Assembly: GCA_965228895.1 (NCBI GenBank)
Contig: OZ245842.1
Coordinates: 3,168,001-3,232,000, forward strand
Reading direction: 5' to 3'
Source: Alphaproteobacteria bacterium
Lineage (GTDB): Bacteria > Pseudomonadota > Alphaproteobacteria > SP197
DNA: 64,000 nucleotides
The translations under genes and the position numbers were made by a program. This document shows positions 19,124-27,188 of this stretch, piece by piece; the first letter of the stretch is position 1, and the number at the start of each line of letters is the position of its first letter. Below the pieces are notes generated by a model, which searched no databases, was not told the DNA's origin, and worked only from the letters and a program-made list of their open reading frames with translations.

Positions 19124-19804
19124 TCAGCCGGCGGCGACCGGCGTGAAGTCGCCGGTTGTCTTGTTCAGCCAGTGGAGTTCGCCTTCGGCGATCGAGAACC
19201 AGGCGCCATGCAGATCGAGGCTGCCCGCTTCGACGGCTTCGGCAACGAAAGGGAAACTCTTCAGGTGATCGAGTGATTGTTCGATTGCCAATCGCTCGAG
19301 GATGCGCAGACGTTCGGACTTCGTCAGACCGTTATCGCATGCCTGCATCGCGGCGCGCGCCGGCGCCAGAAGATCGACCCACGGACCGATGAACCGGCCC
19401 TGGGGCATGTTCTCGGCCGCCAGCGCGGCAGCCACGCCACTGCAAGAGCCGTGACCCATGACGACGATAACGTCGACACCGAGCACCGTGACGGCAAATT
19501 CAACCGCCGCGGACGTGCCGTGGAACGAGCCGGTCTCCGGGTGGTGGGTATCGCAAGGCGGCACGATGGCACCGACATTGCGCACGACAAACAGTTCACC
19601 CGGCGCGGCCGAAAAAATCGTCGCCGGATCAACCCGGCTGTCGGCGCAGCCGATGATCATGGTGCGCGGCGCTTGTCCTTCGGCGAGTTCGCGGAACAAC
19701 GCCGACTGTTCGGCGTATCGCCCCTGGCGAAAGCGTCGGTAGCCGCGAAGCAGGCGTTCGGGCACCAGTCTGGGCTGTGTTGGTGCCGTGGTGGTGACGG
19801 TCAT
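19124..19804 (-). CDS. Beta-class carbonic anhydrase
   Basis: GCADSRV, GELFVVRNVG, VMGHGSCSG. Confidence 0.95.
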   Translation of the reverse strand: MTVTTTAPTQPRLVPERLLRGYRRFRQGRYAEQSALFRELAEGQAPRTMIIGCADSRVDPATIFSAAPGELFVVRNVGAIVPPCDTHHPETGSFHGTSAAVEFAVTVLGVDVIVVMGHGSCSGVAAALAAENMPQGRFIGPWVDLLAPARAAMQACDNGLTKSERLRILERLAIEQSLDHLKSFPFVAEAVEAGSLDLHGAWFSIAEGELHWLNKTTGDFTPVAAG

Positions 19805-19841
19805 GGGACGCCCCTGTCGGAAGTCTTCGTGCTAGATCGCA

Positions 19842-20153
19842 TCAGAACCGCTCCGCGCGCAAGACCTGACAGTCGCTAACGGCGACAACGCCGATATGAC
19901 GCTCGACGACCTGGAAGATGGAATCCAGAAGGCCGTCTAGCCGATCGGGTCGGATGACACAGACAACCTGCACCATGCCGCCGGCGCGCCCGACCTGGCC
20001 TTCGCTGCTCCAATGGCCCGAGCGACCGGAACCGCCGATGACAGGCAGAATCGAATAGCCGGTCACGCCCGCCGCTTCGATCGCGTCCGTCAGCCGGCCT
20101 TTCATGGGCGCTTCGATGATGATGGCCACGCGTTTGGCTTCATGGGTTTCCAT
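19842..20153 (-). CDS. sbtB: SbtB-like P-II family protein
   Basis: GVTGYSI..GGSGRSG pattern; overlaps/abuts sbtA. Confidence 0.75.
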   Translation of the reverse strand: METHEAKRVAIIIEAPMKGRLTDAIEAAGVTGYSILPVIGGSGRSGHWSSEGQVGRAGGMVQVVCVIRPDRLDGLLDSIFQVVERHIGVVAVSDCQVLRAERF

Positions 20154-20157
20154 GGTT

Positions 20158-21141
20158 CTAGACTCCCGTAATCGCGCGCGCGACGGCAAGGTAGATGGGT
20201 AACCCGAGGATGAGATTAAACGGAAACGTAACCCCGAGCGACAACGTTAGATAGACCGCCGGATCCGCCTCCGGCACCGCGACGCGCATGGCCGCCGGCA
20301 CGGCGATATAGGAGGCCGAGGCCGACAGCACCATCAGAAGCATCACGCCGCCTGTGGAGAGGCCCAAGAGCGCCCCCGCCCCGGCACCGAACAACGCGCC
20401 GATGATGGGCATTAGACCGCCGAAGAGGAGCAATCCGGGCGTCATGAGTTTGCGGCTTTCGCGCAAACCCCGCCCGGCGATCAGGCCCATGTCGAGGAGG
20501 AACAGGCAGAGCGCGCCCTTGAACGGCGCGACCATGAAGGCCTCGATTTCGGCCAGCCCCTCTGGCCCGGTGATCATGCCGATGGCGAAGGCGCCGACCA
20601 AAAGCACGATGGAGCCGTTGAGCAAGATTTCGCGCCACAAGGCGCCATCCATGCGCGACGTGCCGCTGGAGCTCAGCAGCCAAAGCGCCGAGAGGATCGC
20701 CGGCGCCTCCATGGCGGCGGCGACGGCAACCATGAACCCCTCCGCGGCGATCCCCTGAGTTTCCAGAATCGAGCTTCCCGCCACGAACGTGACGATCGAG
20801 ATCGAGCCGTAGTGCGCGGCGACCACCGCCGCGTTGGTGCGGTCCAGCCGCGTCATCACGCGAAGCAGGCCGAAGGCGACGAAAGGCAATCCGGCCGAAA
20901 GGATGATACCGGCGGCAAGCGTCGAGCCGAGATGAAAATCGATGCCGTGTTCGGCGACGGAAACGCCGCCCTTGAACCCAATGGCAAAGAGCAGATAGAT
21001 CGAGAGTGCCTTGGCGGCGGCCTCGGGAAACGTGAGCTCGGAGCGTGCGAAGGCGGCGGCGACACCCAAAACAAATGCCAGGATCAGCGGCGATCCCAGA
21101 TTCTCCAACGCAAGCCCGAAAAACCCTTCCACCAACACCAC
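20158..21141 (-). CDS. sbtA: Sodium-dependent bicarbonate transporter SbtA family
   Basis: YLLFAIGFKGG, AHYGSISIVTF, SASYIAVPAAMR, LGVTFPFN. Confidence 0.92.
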   Translation of the reverse strand: MVLVEGFFGLALENLGSPLILAFVLGVAAAFARSELTFPEAAAKALSIYLLFAIGFKGGVSVAEHGIDFHLGSTLAAGIILSAGLPFVAFGLLRVMTRLDRTNAAVVAAHYGSISIVTFVAGSSILETQGIAAEGFMVAVAAAMEAPAILSALWLLSSSGTSRMDGALWREILLNGSIVLLVGAFAIGMITGPEGLAEIEAFMVAPFKGALCLFLLDMGLIAGRGLRESRKLMTPGLLLFGGLMPIIGALFGAGAGALLGLSTGGVMLLMVLSASASYIAVPAAMRVAVPEADPAVYLTLSLGVTFPFNLILGLPIYLAVARAITGV

Positions 21142-21229
21142 CCCGCTGCCCGAGAAATCCGCCCGCTCCTATGTCGAACTATCGGTCCATTTGCAACTTG
21201 TATCGGGGATTGGAGCGAGGTAGCGGCGC

Positions 21230-21583
21230 CTACTGCTGCTCGCAAATGACGGGGATGTCGTTCATCCATTCCATCGCGATCATGATCTCGTCCATCGGGA
21301 TTTCGGCCTGCAGCGCGTCGGACGCCTCCCGGTCGTTGGTGACCTGGGCGACCACCATCTCCTGCTGCTTCGGGGTAAGGTCAAGCCGCGCTCTTTCGCC
21401 GACGCACGCGCAGCCGCTGTCGGAAAGGTTAAGTTGAACTCGGCACTCCGCAACCAGCGTGTCGGCGGCATCGGGAGACGAGGCGTCGGCAGCGGTGCCG
21501 CCGGCGTCGGGGGCCGATTGACAGGCCGCGACGAGCGAAGCCAGCAGAACGACGGACGCAAAGACGCCATGGCGTTTGGCCAT
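21230..21583 (-). CDS. Four-Cys secreted paralog 1 (lipoprotein)
   Basis: Lipobox LVAAC; EC..QL.LSDSGCAC ... W....P..CE. Confidence 0.75.
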   Translation of the reverse strand: MAKRHGVFASVVLLASLVAACQSAPDAGGTAADASSPDAADTLVAECRVQLNLSDSGCACVGERARLDLTPKQQEMVVAQVTNDREASDALQAEIPMDEIMIAMEWMNDIPVICEQQ

Positions 21584-21633
21584 CGCTCCCCTTCTCCCGA
21601 CCAGACGTCGCAACGTTGGCGCGGCGGCCGCGG

Positions 21634-21957
21634 TTACGGCTGCTCACAATCGGTGGGGGCGCTCATCATCCACTCGGCCGCCTGGGTCATTTCTTCGACG
21701 GTCATGCCCTGCATCAGGCTGTCGGATGCGGCTTTGTCATCGGTCACCTGGGCCAGCACAAACTCTTGCTGAGTCTCCGAAAGATCGCGGCGTGCGCTTT
21801 CACCGATGCAAGCGCAGCCACTATCGGAGAGCTCAAGTTGAACGTGGCATTCGTCCACCAGATCATCCGCGGCGTCCGCGTGCGCCTGACCAGCGATGAG
21901 GCCTGAAGCCAGTAAGGCGCCGAGGACGGCAGCGCCGAGACGGTGTGACGAAATCAT
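21634..21957 (-). CDS. Four-Cys secreted paralog 2
   Basis: Signal peptide AHA; ECHVQLELSDSGCAC ... WMMSAPTDCE. Confidence 0.75.
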   Translation of the reverse strand: MISSHRLGAAVLGALLASGLIAGQAHADAADDLVDECHVQLELSDSGCACIGESARRDLSETQQEFVLAQVTDDKAASDSLMQGMTVEEMTQAAEWMMSAPTDCEQP

Positions 21958-22066
21958 GATCTTTCCCCTATCGCTGATCAGCAGAAATCCACGGGTGACC
22001 TTTTAGGCCGCGAGGGCCGATCTGTCGAACGACCGGAGGTAGATGAGAGAAAACGCCACTGTCTTG

Positions 22067-22387
22067 TCAGTCGAACTCACATTTTGCCGGCGCATTGTCC
22101 ATCCAATCGCCGACATCGAAGACTTCTGTATCGGTCATCTCGCCTTCGAGTTTGGTGGACGCGGCTTCATCGCCGGTCAACTGCGCGACGACGTAGCCGC
22201 GCTGCGTTTTCGATAGCTCCTTGTCCGCGCTGTTGGCGATGCACTTGCACACGCTTTCGGCCAACTCAAGCTGGCCGAGGCAGGCCTTAACCAGCGGGTC
22301 GGCGGTTTCGGCCCGGGTCCCGGCTGAGAAAGCCAGGACGAGAACCGTGCCCGCCACGGCGACCCAGGACAGCGATGGCTTGGTCAT
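22067..22387 (-). CDS. Four-Cys secreted paralog 3
   Basis: Signal peptide; ACLGQLELAESVCKC ... WMDNAPAKCE. Confidence 0.75.
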   Translation of the reverse strand: MTKPSLSWVAVAGTVLVLAFSAGTRAETADPLVKACLGQLELAESVCKCIANSADKELSKTQRGYVVAQLTGDEAASTKLEGEMTDTEVFDVGDWMDNAPAKCEFD

Positions 22388-22441
22388 GGTGTTCCCTTCC
22401 CTACCGACCAGCGAACGATCTCGTCGGCCGACTGCACACGC

Positions 22442-22765
22442 CTACTCAAACTCGCACTCGGCCGGCACTTGGTCCAACCAATCCAGAGAATAGTCGATTT
22501 CCTCGTCGGTCAGGTCCTGCGCGATCTCGTCGGCCACGGCGTCATCGCCCCAGACCAGCGCCAGTACGAAGTCCTGCTCATCCAGACTGAGCTCTTCGGC
22601 TGCGCTGTCGCCAAGGCACTCGCAGGCGCTCTCTGTCATGTCCAACTGAATGAGGCATTCCTCAACCAACGCCTCGACCGCATCCGCGCGTGCGGTTCCA
22701 ACAAAGAGAGACGAAGTGATGAGTGCACCGGCGATCGCGGCGCAGAACATACGAGCGTTGAGCAT
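22442..22765 (-). CDS. Four-Cys secreted paralog 4
   Basis: Signal peptide ARA; ECLIQLDMTESACEC ... WLDQVPAECE. Confidence 0.75.
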   Translation of the reverse strand: MLNARMFCAAIAGALITSSLFVGTARADAVEALVEECLIQLDMTESACECLGDSAAEELSLDEQDFVLALVWGDDAVADEIAQDLTDEEIDYSLDWLDQVPAECEFE

Positions 22766-22907
22766 AGTGTTCCCCTGCAAAGTCTTTGTTGAACAAGCGT
22801 GTAGAGGACTCGACATGTCGGCCCAGAACGGGCCTGAGACAGATTGCCTGCGCCTTGTTTACGACGGCCAAATGCCGCTGTCGATCATCCCTAAGACGGT
22901 CTGCCGG

Positions 22908-22936
22908 TTGACACGGCCCGGCGACACACCTATGTG
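22908..22936 (+). promoter_or_regulatory. Sigma70-like promoter of the thr leader/thrS
   Basis: TTGACA(22908-22913)-17 nt-TATGTG(22931-22936); predicted +1 at about the leader ATG (22944). Confidence 0.7.
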
Positions 22937-22943
22937 AACGCCC

Positions 22944-23021
22944 ATGTTCGGCTGGAATGCACAAACGTGGACGACCACGACGACCCGCAAAGGCGGGCCG
23001 CTGGGTTGTCGCGCGCGCTGA
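22944..23021 (+). CDS. Thr-rich leader peptide (25 aa) of the thrS attenuator
   Basis: MFGWNAQTWTTTTTRKGGPLGCRAR*; six Thr codons, five consecutive, upstream of thrS. Confidence 0.85.
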   Translation: MFGWNAQTWTTTTTRKGGPLGCRAR

Positions 23022-23051
23022 ACGCCGCTTAGATAAAACACACACCCATTG

Positions 23052-23080
23052 GCCCCGCCGGCGACGGACGGGGCTTTTTT
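23052..23080 (+). terminator. Attenuator terminator upstream of thrS
   Basis: GCCCCGCCG-GCGA-CGGACGGGGC then TTTTTT; 5' arm can alternatively pair with 22992-23006. Confidence 0.85.
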
Positions 23081-23124
23081 GTGTCCGGCCTCCGTCCACG
23101 CCCACGATGCAACGGAGACAAGAC

Positions 23125-24300
23125 ATGGACGAGAACGATCATAGAGCCATCGCCAACCGGATGGACCTGTTCCACCAGCAGGAGGAAGGTCCCGGTATGG
23201 TGTTCTGGCATCCCCGAGGATTCGCGCTCTACCGGATCATCGAGGACCACATCCGCGGCCACATGAAGCGCTCAGGCTTTCGCGAAATCCGCACGCCACA
23301 GCTTTTGGCGCGCGAGCTGTGGGAAAAAAGCGGTCACTGGGAAAAGTTCGCCGGCAACATGTTCGTCATCGACGACGACGAACACGCCCATGCGCTGAAA
23401 CCCATGAGCTGTCCGGCGCACGTGCAGGTCTTCAACAAGCGGGTGCGCTCGTTCCGCGACCTGCCGCTTCGTCTCGCCGAGTTCGGCGCCTGTCACCGCA
23501 ACGAACCGTCCGGTGCGCTTCATGGCCTGATGCGCACACGCGCGTTCGTGCAGGACGACGCGCATATCTTCTGCGCGCCCGATGATGTCGAATACGAGGT
23601 CGCGCGGTTCTGCCGCATGCTGTTCCAGATCTATGACGCGTTCGGCTTCGATGATGTCGCCGTCGCGTTTTCGACACGACCAGACAAGCGCGCGGGATCA
23701 GACGAAGCCTGGGACTGCGCCGAAGCCGCCCTGGAGGCTGCCGCCAAGGCGGCCGAACTCGACTATCGAGTCGACCCGGGCGAAGGCGCGTTTTATGGAC
23801 CCAAGCTGGACTTCCATCTGCGCGACAGTCACGGGCGCGACTGGCAGTGCGGCACCGTGCAGCTTGACCTGGTGCTGCCCGAACGCCTGGACGCCAGCTA
23901 CATCGACAGCGACGGCCAGCGCGCGCGTCCGGTGATGATCCACCACGCGGTGCTGGGCAGCATCGAGCGTTTTATCGGCATGCTGCTGGAACACCATAGC
24001 GGCGATCTGCCCCTGTGGCTGGCGCCCGAGCAGGTTATTGTCGCGAACATCACCGACGCCTCGGCGCCTTATGCGCACGAGGTCGCATCGAAGCTGGAAG
24101 CCGACGGCTTGCGCGTTGCACTCGATGTGCGATCGGATCGCATCGCCAAGAAGATCATCGATGCGCGCAGCGCGGGCATCCCGGTCCTGGCCGCCGTTGG
24201 TGAGCGCGAAGCACGCGACGGCACGGTCTCGCTTCGCCAGCGCGACGGCAGTCAAGACGTTGTGGCTCTCAACGACGCGGCCTGTGTCTTGGCTCCCTGA
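23125..24300 (+). CDS. thrS: Threonine--tRNA ligase, short form lacking TGS and editing domains (probably auxiliary)
   Basis: Starts at MDENDHR after SD GGAGA; KPMSCPAH, HRNEPSGALHGLMR, YGPKLD, QCGTVQLD, GSIERF; 391 aa. Confidence 0.92.
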   Translation: MDENDHRAIANRMDLFHQQEEGPGMVFWHPRGFALYRIIEDHIRGHMKRSGFREIRTPQLLARELWEKSGHWEKFAGNMFVIDDDEHAHALKPMSCPAHVQVFNKRVRSFRDLPLRLAEFGACHRNEPSGALHGLMRTRAFVQDDAHIFCAPDDVEYEVARFCRMLFQIYDAFGFDDVAVAFSTRPDKRAGSDEAWDCAEAALEAAAKAAELDYRVDPGEGAFYGPKLDFHLRDSHGRDWQCGTVQLDLVLPERLDASYIDSDGQRARPVMIHHAVLGSIERFIGMLLEHHSGDLPLWLAPEQVIVANITDASAPYAHEVASKLEADGLRVALDVRSDRIAKKIIDARSAGIPVLAAVGEREARDGTVSLRQRDGSQDVVALNDAACVLAP

Positions 24301-24374
24301 GCGCGCCCGGTACGGCCCGGCATTGCGTGAACTTTGTGGTCGCGTAGAGTGCAGGATTCGATGGGGGAGCCTTC

Positions 24375-25913
24375 ATGGAAGATCGCTACGCCAAGAAATG
24401 GCGCGCGCTGGTCGGCATCAGCCTGCTTTCGTTTATCGTTTTCATGGATTACGGCATCGTCAACACGATTCTGCCGGGCATCCAGGCCGACCTCCTGGCG
24501 AGCGTCAGGCAATTGCAATGGGTCATGAACGTCTTCTTTATGACGCTTGCCATGTTCATGGTGACGATGGGGCGTCTGGGCGACATCTATGGCCGCCGGC
24601 GCGTGCTCTATATCGGCGTTGTCGTCTTCGGCGTCGCCTCGGCGGTGTGCGGCGCGTCGCCTGACCCCGCCATTCTGATCGCCGCGCGTGCGGTGCAGGG
24701 CACGGCGGCCGCAATCGGGCTGACCTGTGCGGCATCGCTGGTCACCCATGCCTTTCCGGAGGACGAGAAAGGCCGCGCGCTCGGTTTCTTCATGAGCATC
24801 ACCGCCGTCGGCATGGCGATCGGCCCGGTGATCGGCGGTTTCTTCCTGTCGTTTCTGTCGTGGCGCTGGGCGTTTTACGTCAACATTCCCGTCATCATCG
24901 TCGGCTTCATGATCTGCCGTGGCGCGGTGCCGGAAACGCCGCGCCTGCTGAGCGAAAAGGTCGACTGGCTGGGCCTGTTGTTCCTGGTGCCGGGCATCGG
25001 CGTCATGGTGCTGGCGATCATGCAGGGCAATAGCTGGGGCTGGGGCTCCGACGTCATGATCGCGCTCTATATCGTGACCGCCCTCTGCCTGGTCGCGTTT
25101 ATCGTTGTCGAGAAGCGCGTGGCCTCGCCCATCGTAGACCTTAAACTTTTTCGCCACCCAATGTTCCAAAGCGCGGTCTTCGCCGGCTTCGGCCTGGGCG
25201 GCTTTATCGGCATCGGCACGTTTCTGCCGGCGCTTTTCCTGATCAACATCCAGGGAATGCCGGCCTATGTCGCCGGCATGATGCTGCTGCCGATCACCGT
25301 GCTTGTCATGATCATCCCGCCGGCGATCGGCAAACTGGTCGACGCCAGGGGCCCGGCCGGTTTCATGATCCTGGGTCAGGCGATCCTGGTGATCGCCGCA
25401 GTTGTCCAGGTCTTCTTCGTCCCGGCGTCGCCGGCCTGGTTCGTGCTGCTGGGGCTTGCGCTGTTCGGCCTGGGCTGGGGTTTCCAGCAGGCCTCGACGG
25501 CGGTCGCTGCTACCAGCGCACTGCCGCCCGAAGCGGCCGGGCTTGCCATCGGCTCGCTGTGGACGTTCTGGAACATCGCCTCGTCGATCACGCTCGCGGT
25601 CGGTGGCATGATCCTGCGCGTCGTCGATCAGTCGCGCCTGGACGCGTCGCTGGCGGCGAACAACATCTCGCTCAGCAACCAGCAGCAGCATGTCATCCGC
25701 AGCCTTTTGTCGGACCCCAGTCGCGCAGAACAGACGCTGGGCGAACTGCCGGCCAAACTGTCGACGGAAATCACGCCCCTGTTCCACGACAGTTTCACAG
25801 AAGGCTACAACGGCGCCATGCTGTTCATGGCGATCTGGTGCGCGGTATGTCTGATCGGCACGATCCTGACCGCCATGCGCGGGCGCAAGGCCACTGCAGC
25901 AACGCCAGACTGA
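24375..25913 (+). CDS. MFS transporter, DHA2 (14-TM drug:H+ antiporter) type
   Basis: GRLGDIYGRRR motif A, GPVIGG motif C, WRWAFYVNIP, DWLG, PIVDLKLF. Confidence 0.9.
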   Translation: MEDRYAKKWRALVGISLLSFIVFMDYGIVNTILPGIQADLLASVRQLQWVMNVFFMTLAMFMVTMGRLGDIYGRRRVLYIGVVVFGVASAVCGASPDPAILIAARAVQGTAAAIGLTCAASLVTHAFPEDEKGRALGFFMSITAVGMAIGPVIGGFFLSFLSWRWAFYVNIPVIIVGFMICRGAVPETPRLLSEKVDWLGLLFLVPGIGVMVLAIMQGNSWGWGSDVMIALYIVTALCLVAFIVVEKRVASPIVDLKLFRHPMFQSAVFAGFGLGGFIGIGTFLPALFLINIQGMPAYVAGMMLLPITVLVMIIPPAIGKLVDARGPAGFMILGQAILVIAAVVQVFFVPASPAWFVLLGLALFGLGWGFQQASTAVAATSALPPEAAGLAIGSLWTFWNIASSITLAVGGMILRVVDQSRLDASLAANNISLSNQQQHVIRSLLSDPSRAEQTLGELPAKLSTEITPLFHDSFTEGYNGAMLFMAIWCAVCLIGTILTAMRGRKATAATPD

Positions 25914-25998
25914 CTGTCGTCACCACATCGTTGTTCACTAAAGCGCGGCAATGGCAGACTTCGGATCATTTGGAACGGTGTATGAAAGGTAAATCTTC

Positions 25999-26949
25999 AT
26001 GAGATATGTTGTACGGGCCATCGCGGCCGCTCTCGTCGTTTGGGTGGGCGTCGGTTTCGCGCCGACGACCATGGCGCAGGACCATCCGCCGGCGGTGATC
26101 TTTGAAGGCTTGATGGACAACTTCTTCGGCCAGGACAACGGTCTCGTGGTCTTCGGCACTTATGACATCGCCTTTGCGCCGGAGGGCCAAATCGATGCCA
26201 TCGTCGGCGTCGTCAATTCCGACGGCGAGGTAATGGCGCAGTTCCCGTTTTTCCCGGATTACAAAATTCACGAGGGGGTGTTCGGACGCATCCAAGTTGT
26301 TGGACCGGCCGACGTTCAATTGACCGAACCTGGTATCTACACGATGGTCTTTGTCGTGGACGGCGAACCGATCACACGGTTTCCGTTTCTGCTGGAACAG
26401 ACCGGTGACGGTTCGGATCCTTTCGATCCCGAAAAAACCTACGCCTTCGACGGATACTGGCGCACGCTCGCTCACATCACGACCGGCAGTGTGAACGATC
26501 AACCAATTCCGATATTTTCGATTTGGCTCGGCGGCGTCGATATGCCGACGCCGGATACCTTCCAGGAGTACTTCGCGGCCGAACTCATGCGCGATGGCGT
26601 GCTCATTGCCCATGCCCAAAAGCAAACGAGCTCCTACAGCAATGGTCAATTCAGGCGCCAAGAGGTCATCATCTACCAGCCCCATGAGGAAAATCAGGCG
26701 CACAACGCCATTGCGTTCACCATGGCCGACATGTCTGTTGACGGTTCCTATGAGCTGAACATCAGTCGACAATCCGACGGCGGCCTGTTGCGCAGTTACC
26801 GCTTTACGGTTTCCGGCGGTGAGATCGTACCTTTGCCCCGGACACAACTGGGCTTCGAACCGGCATCCGACTACATCGTGCCGCGAGTCACGCGTAAAGG
26901 ATCGACCATCTACGAGTTCGAAGAAGTAATCTGGATCGCCAGTGAATAG
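25999..26949 (+). CDS. Secreted hypothetical protein (beta-rich)
   Basis: 316-aa ORF, signal peptide ending TMA-Q, SD upstream. Confidence 0.7.
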   Translation: MRYVVRAIAAALVVWVGVGFAPTTMAQDHPPAVIFEGLMDNFFGQDNGLVVFGTYDIAFAPEGQIDAIVGVVNSDGEVMAQFPFFPDYKIHEGVFGRIQVVGPADVQLTEPGIYTMVFVVDGEPITRFPFLLEQTGDGSDPFDPEKTYAFDGYWRTLAHITTGSVNDQPIPIFSIWLGGVDMPTPDTFQEYFAAELMRDGVLIAHAQKQTSSYSNGQFRRQEVIIYQPHEENQAHNAIAFTMADMSVDGSYELNISRQSDGGLLRSYRFTVSGGEIVPLPRTQLGFEPASDYIVPRVTRKGSTIYEFEEVIWIASE

Positions 26950-26972
26950 CATGGTGCGATCAAGAGCATGAG

Positions 26973-27001
26973 TTGACCACGCGCCCGCAACGGCATAGAT
27001 A
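26973..27001 (+). promoter_or_regulatory. Sigma70-like promoter of the met leader/metG
   Basis: TTGACC(26973-26978)-17 nt-TAGATA(26996-27001); predicted +1 at about the leader ATG (27007). Confidence 0.65.
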
Positions 27002-27006
27002 GAGGC

Positions 27007-27087
27007 ATGGTCAATCTGACGAACCTTTCGGCCGCGATGATGAAACCGCACATGATGCATGGGGCGGCTTCCTTCGTTATGTCCTGA
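27007..27087 (+). CDS. Met-rich leader peptide (26 aa) of the metG attenuator
   Basis: MVNLTNLSAAMMKPHMMHGAASFVMS*; five internal Met codons including two MM doublets. Confidence 0.8.
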   Translation: MVNLTNLSAAMMKPHMMHGAASFVMS

Positions 27088-27116
27088 CGACACCAAGAAT
27101 TACCTGACCACGAAAC

Positions 27117-27148
27117 AAGCCGCCTCCTTCGCGAGGCGGTTTTTCTTT
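27117..27148 (+). terminator. Attenuator terminator upstream of metG
   Basis: AAGCCGCCTC-CTTCGC-GAGGCGGTTT then TTCTTT; 5' arm complementary to GGGGCGGCTT at 27061-27070. Confidence 0.85.
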
Positions 27149-27188
27149 GTCGAATGCCGTCTTGCGTCTTGGCGCAGCGGAGAACGAC

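Noticed and set aside
22957-23124. Track's 56-aa N-terminal extension of ThrRS
   Set aside because: It runs through the leader and terminator, has no ThrRS-like sequence, and a good SD precedes ATG 23125
26950-27188. T-box or SAM riboswitch upstream of metG (and T-box upstream of thrS)
   Set aside because: No T-box consensus (AAGGTGGNACC-like) or SAM-motif elements seen; the leader-peptide model explains the structure
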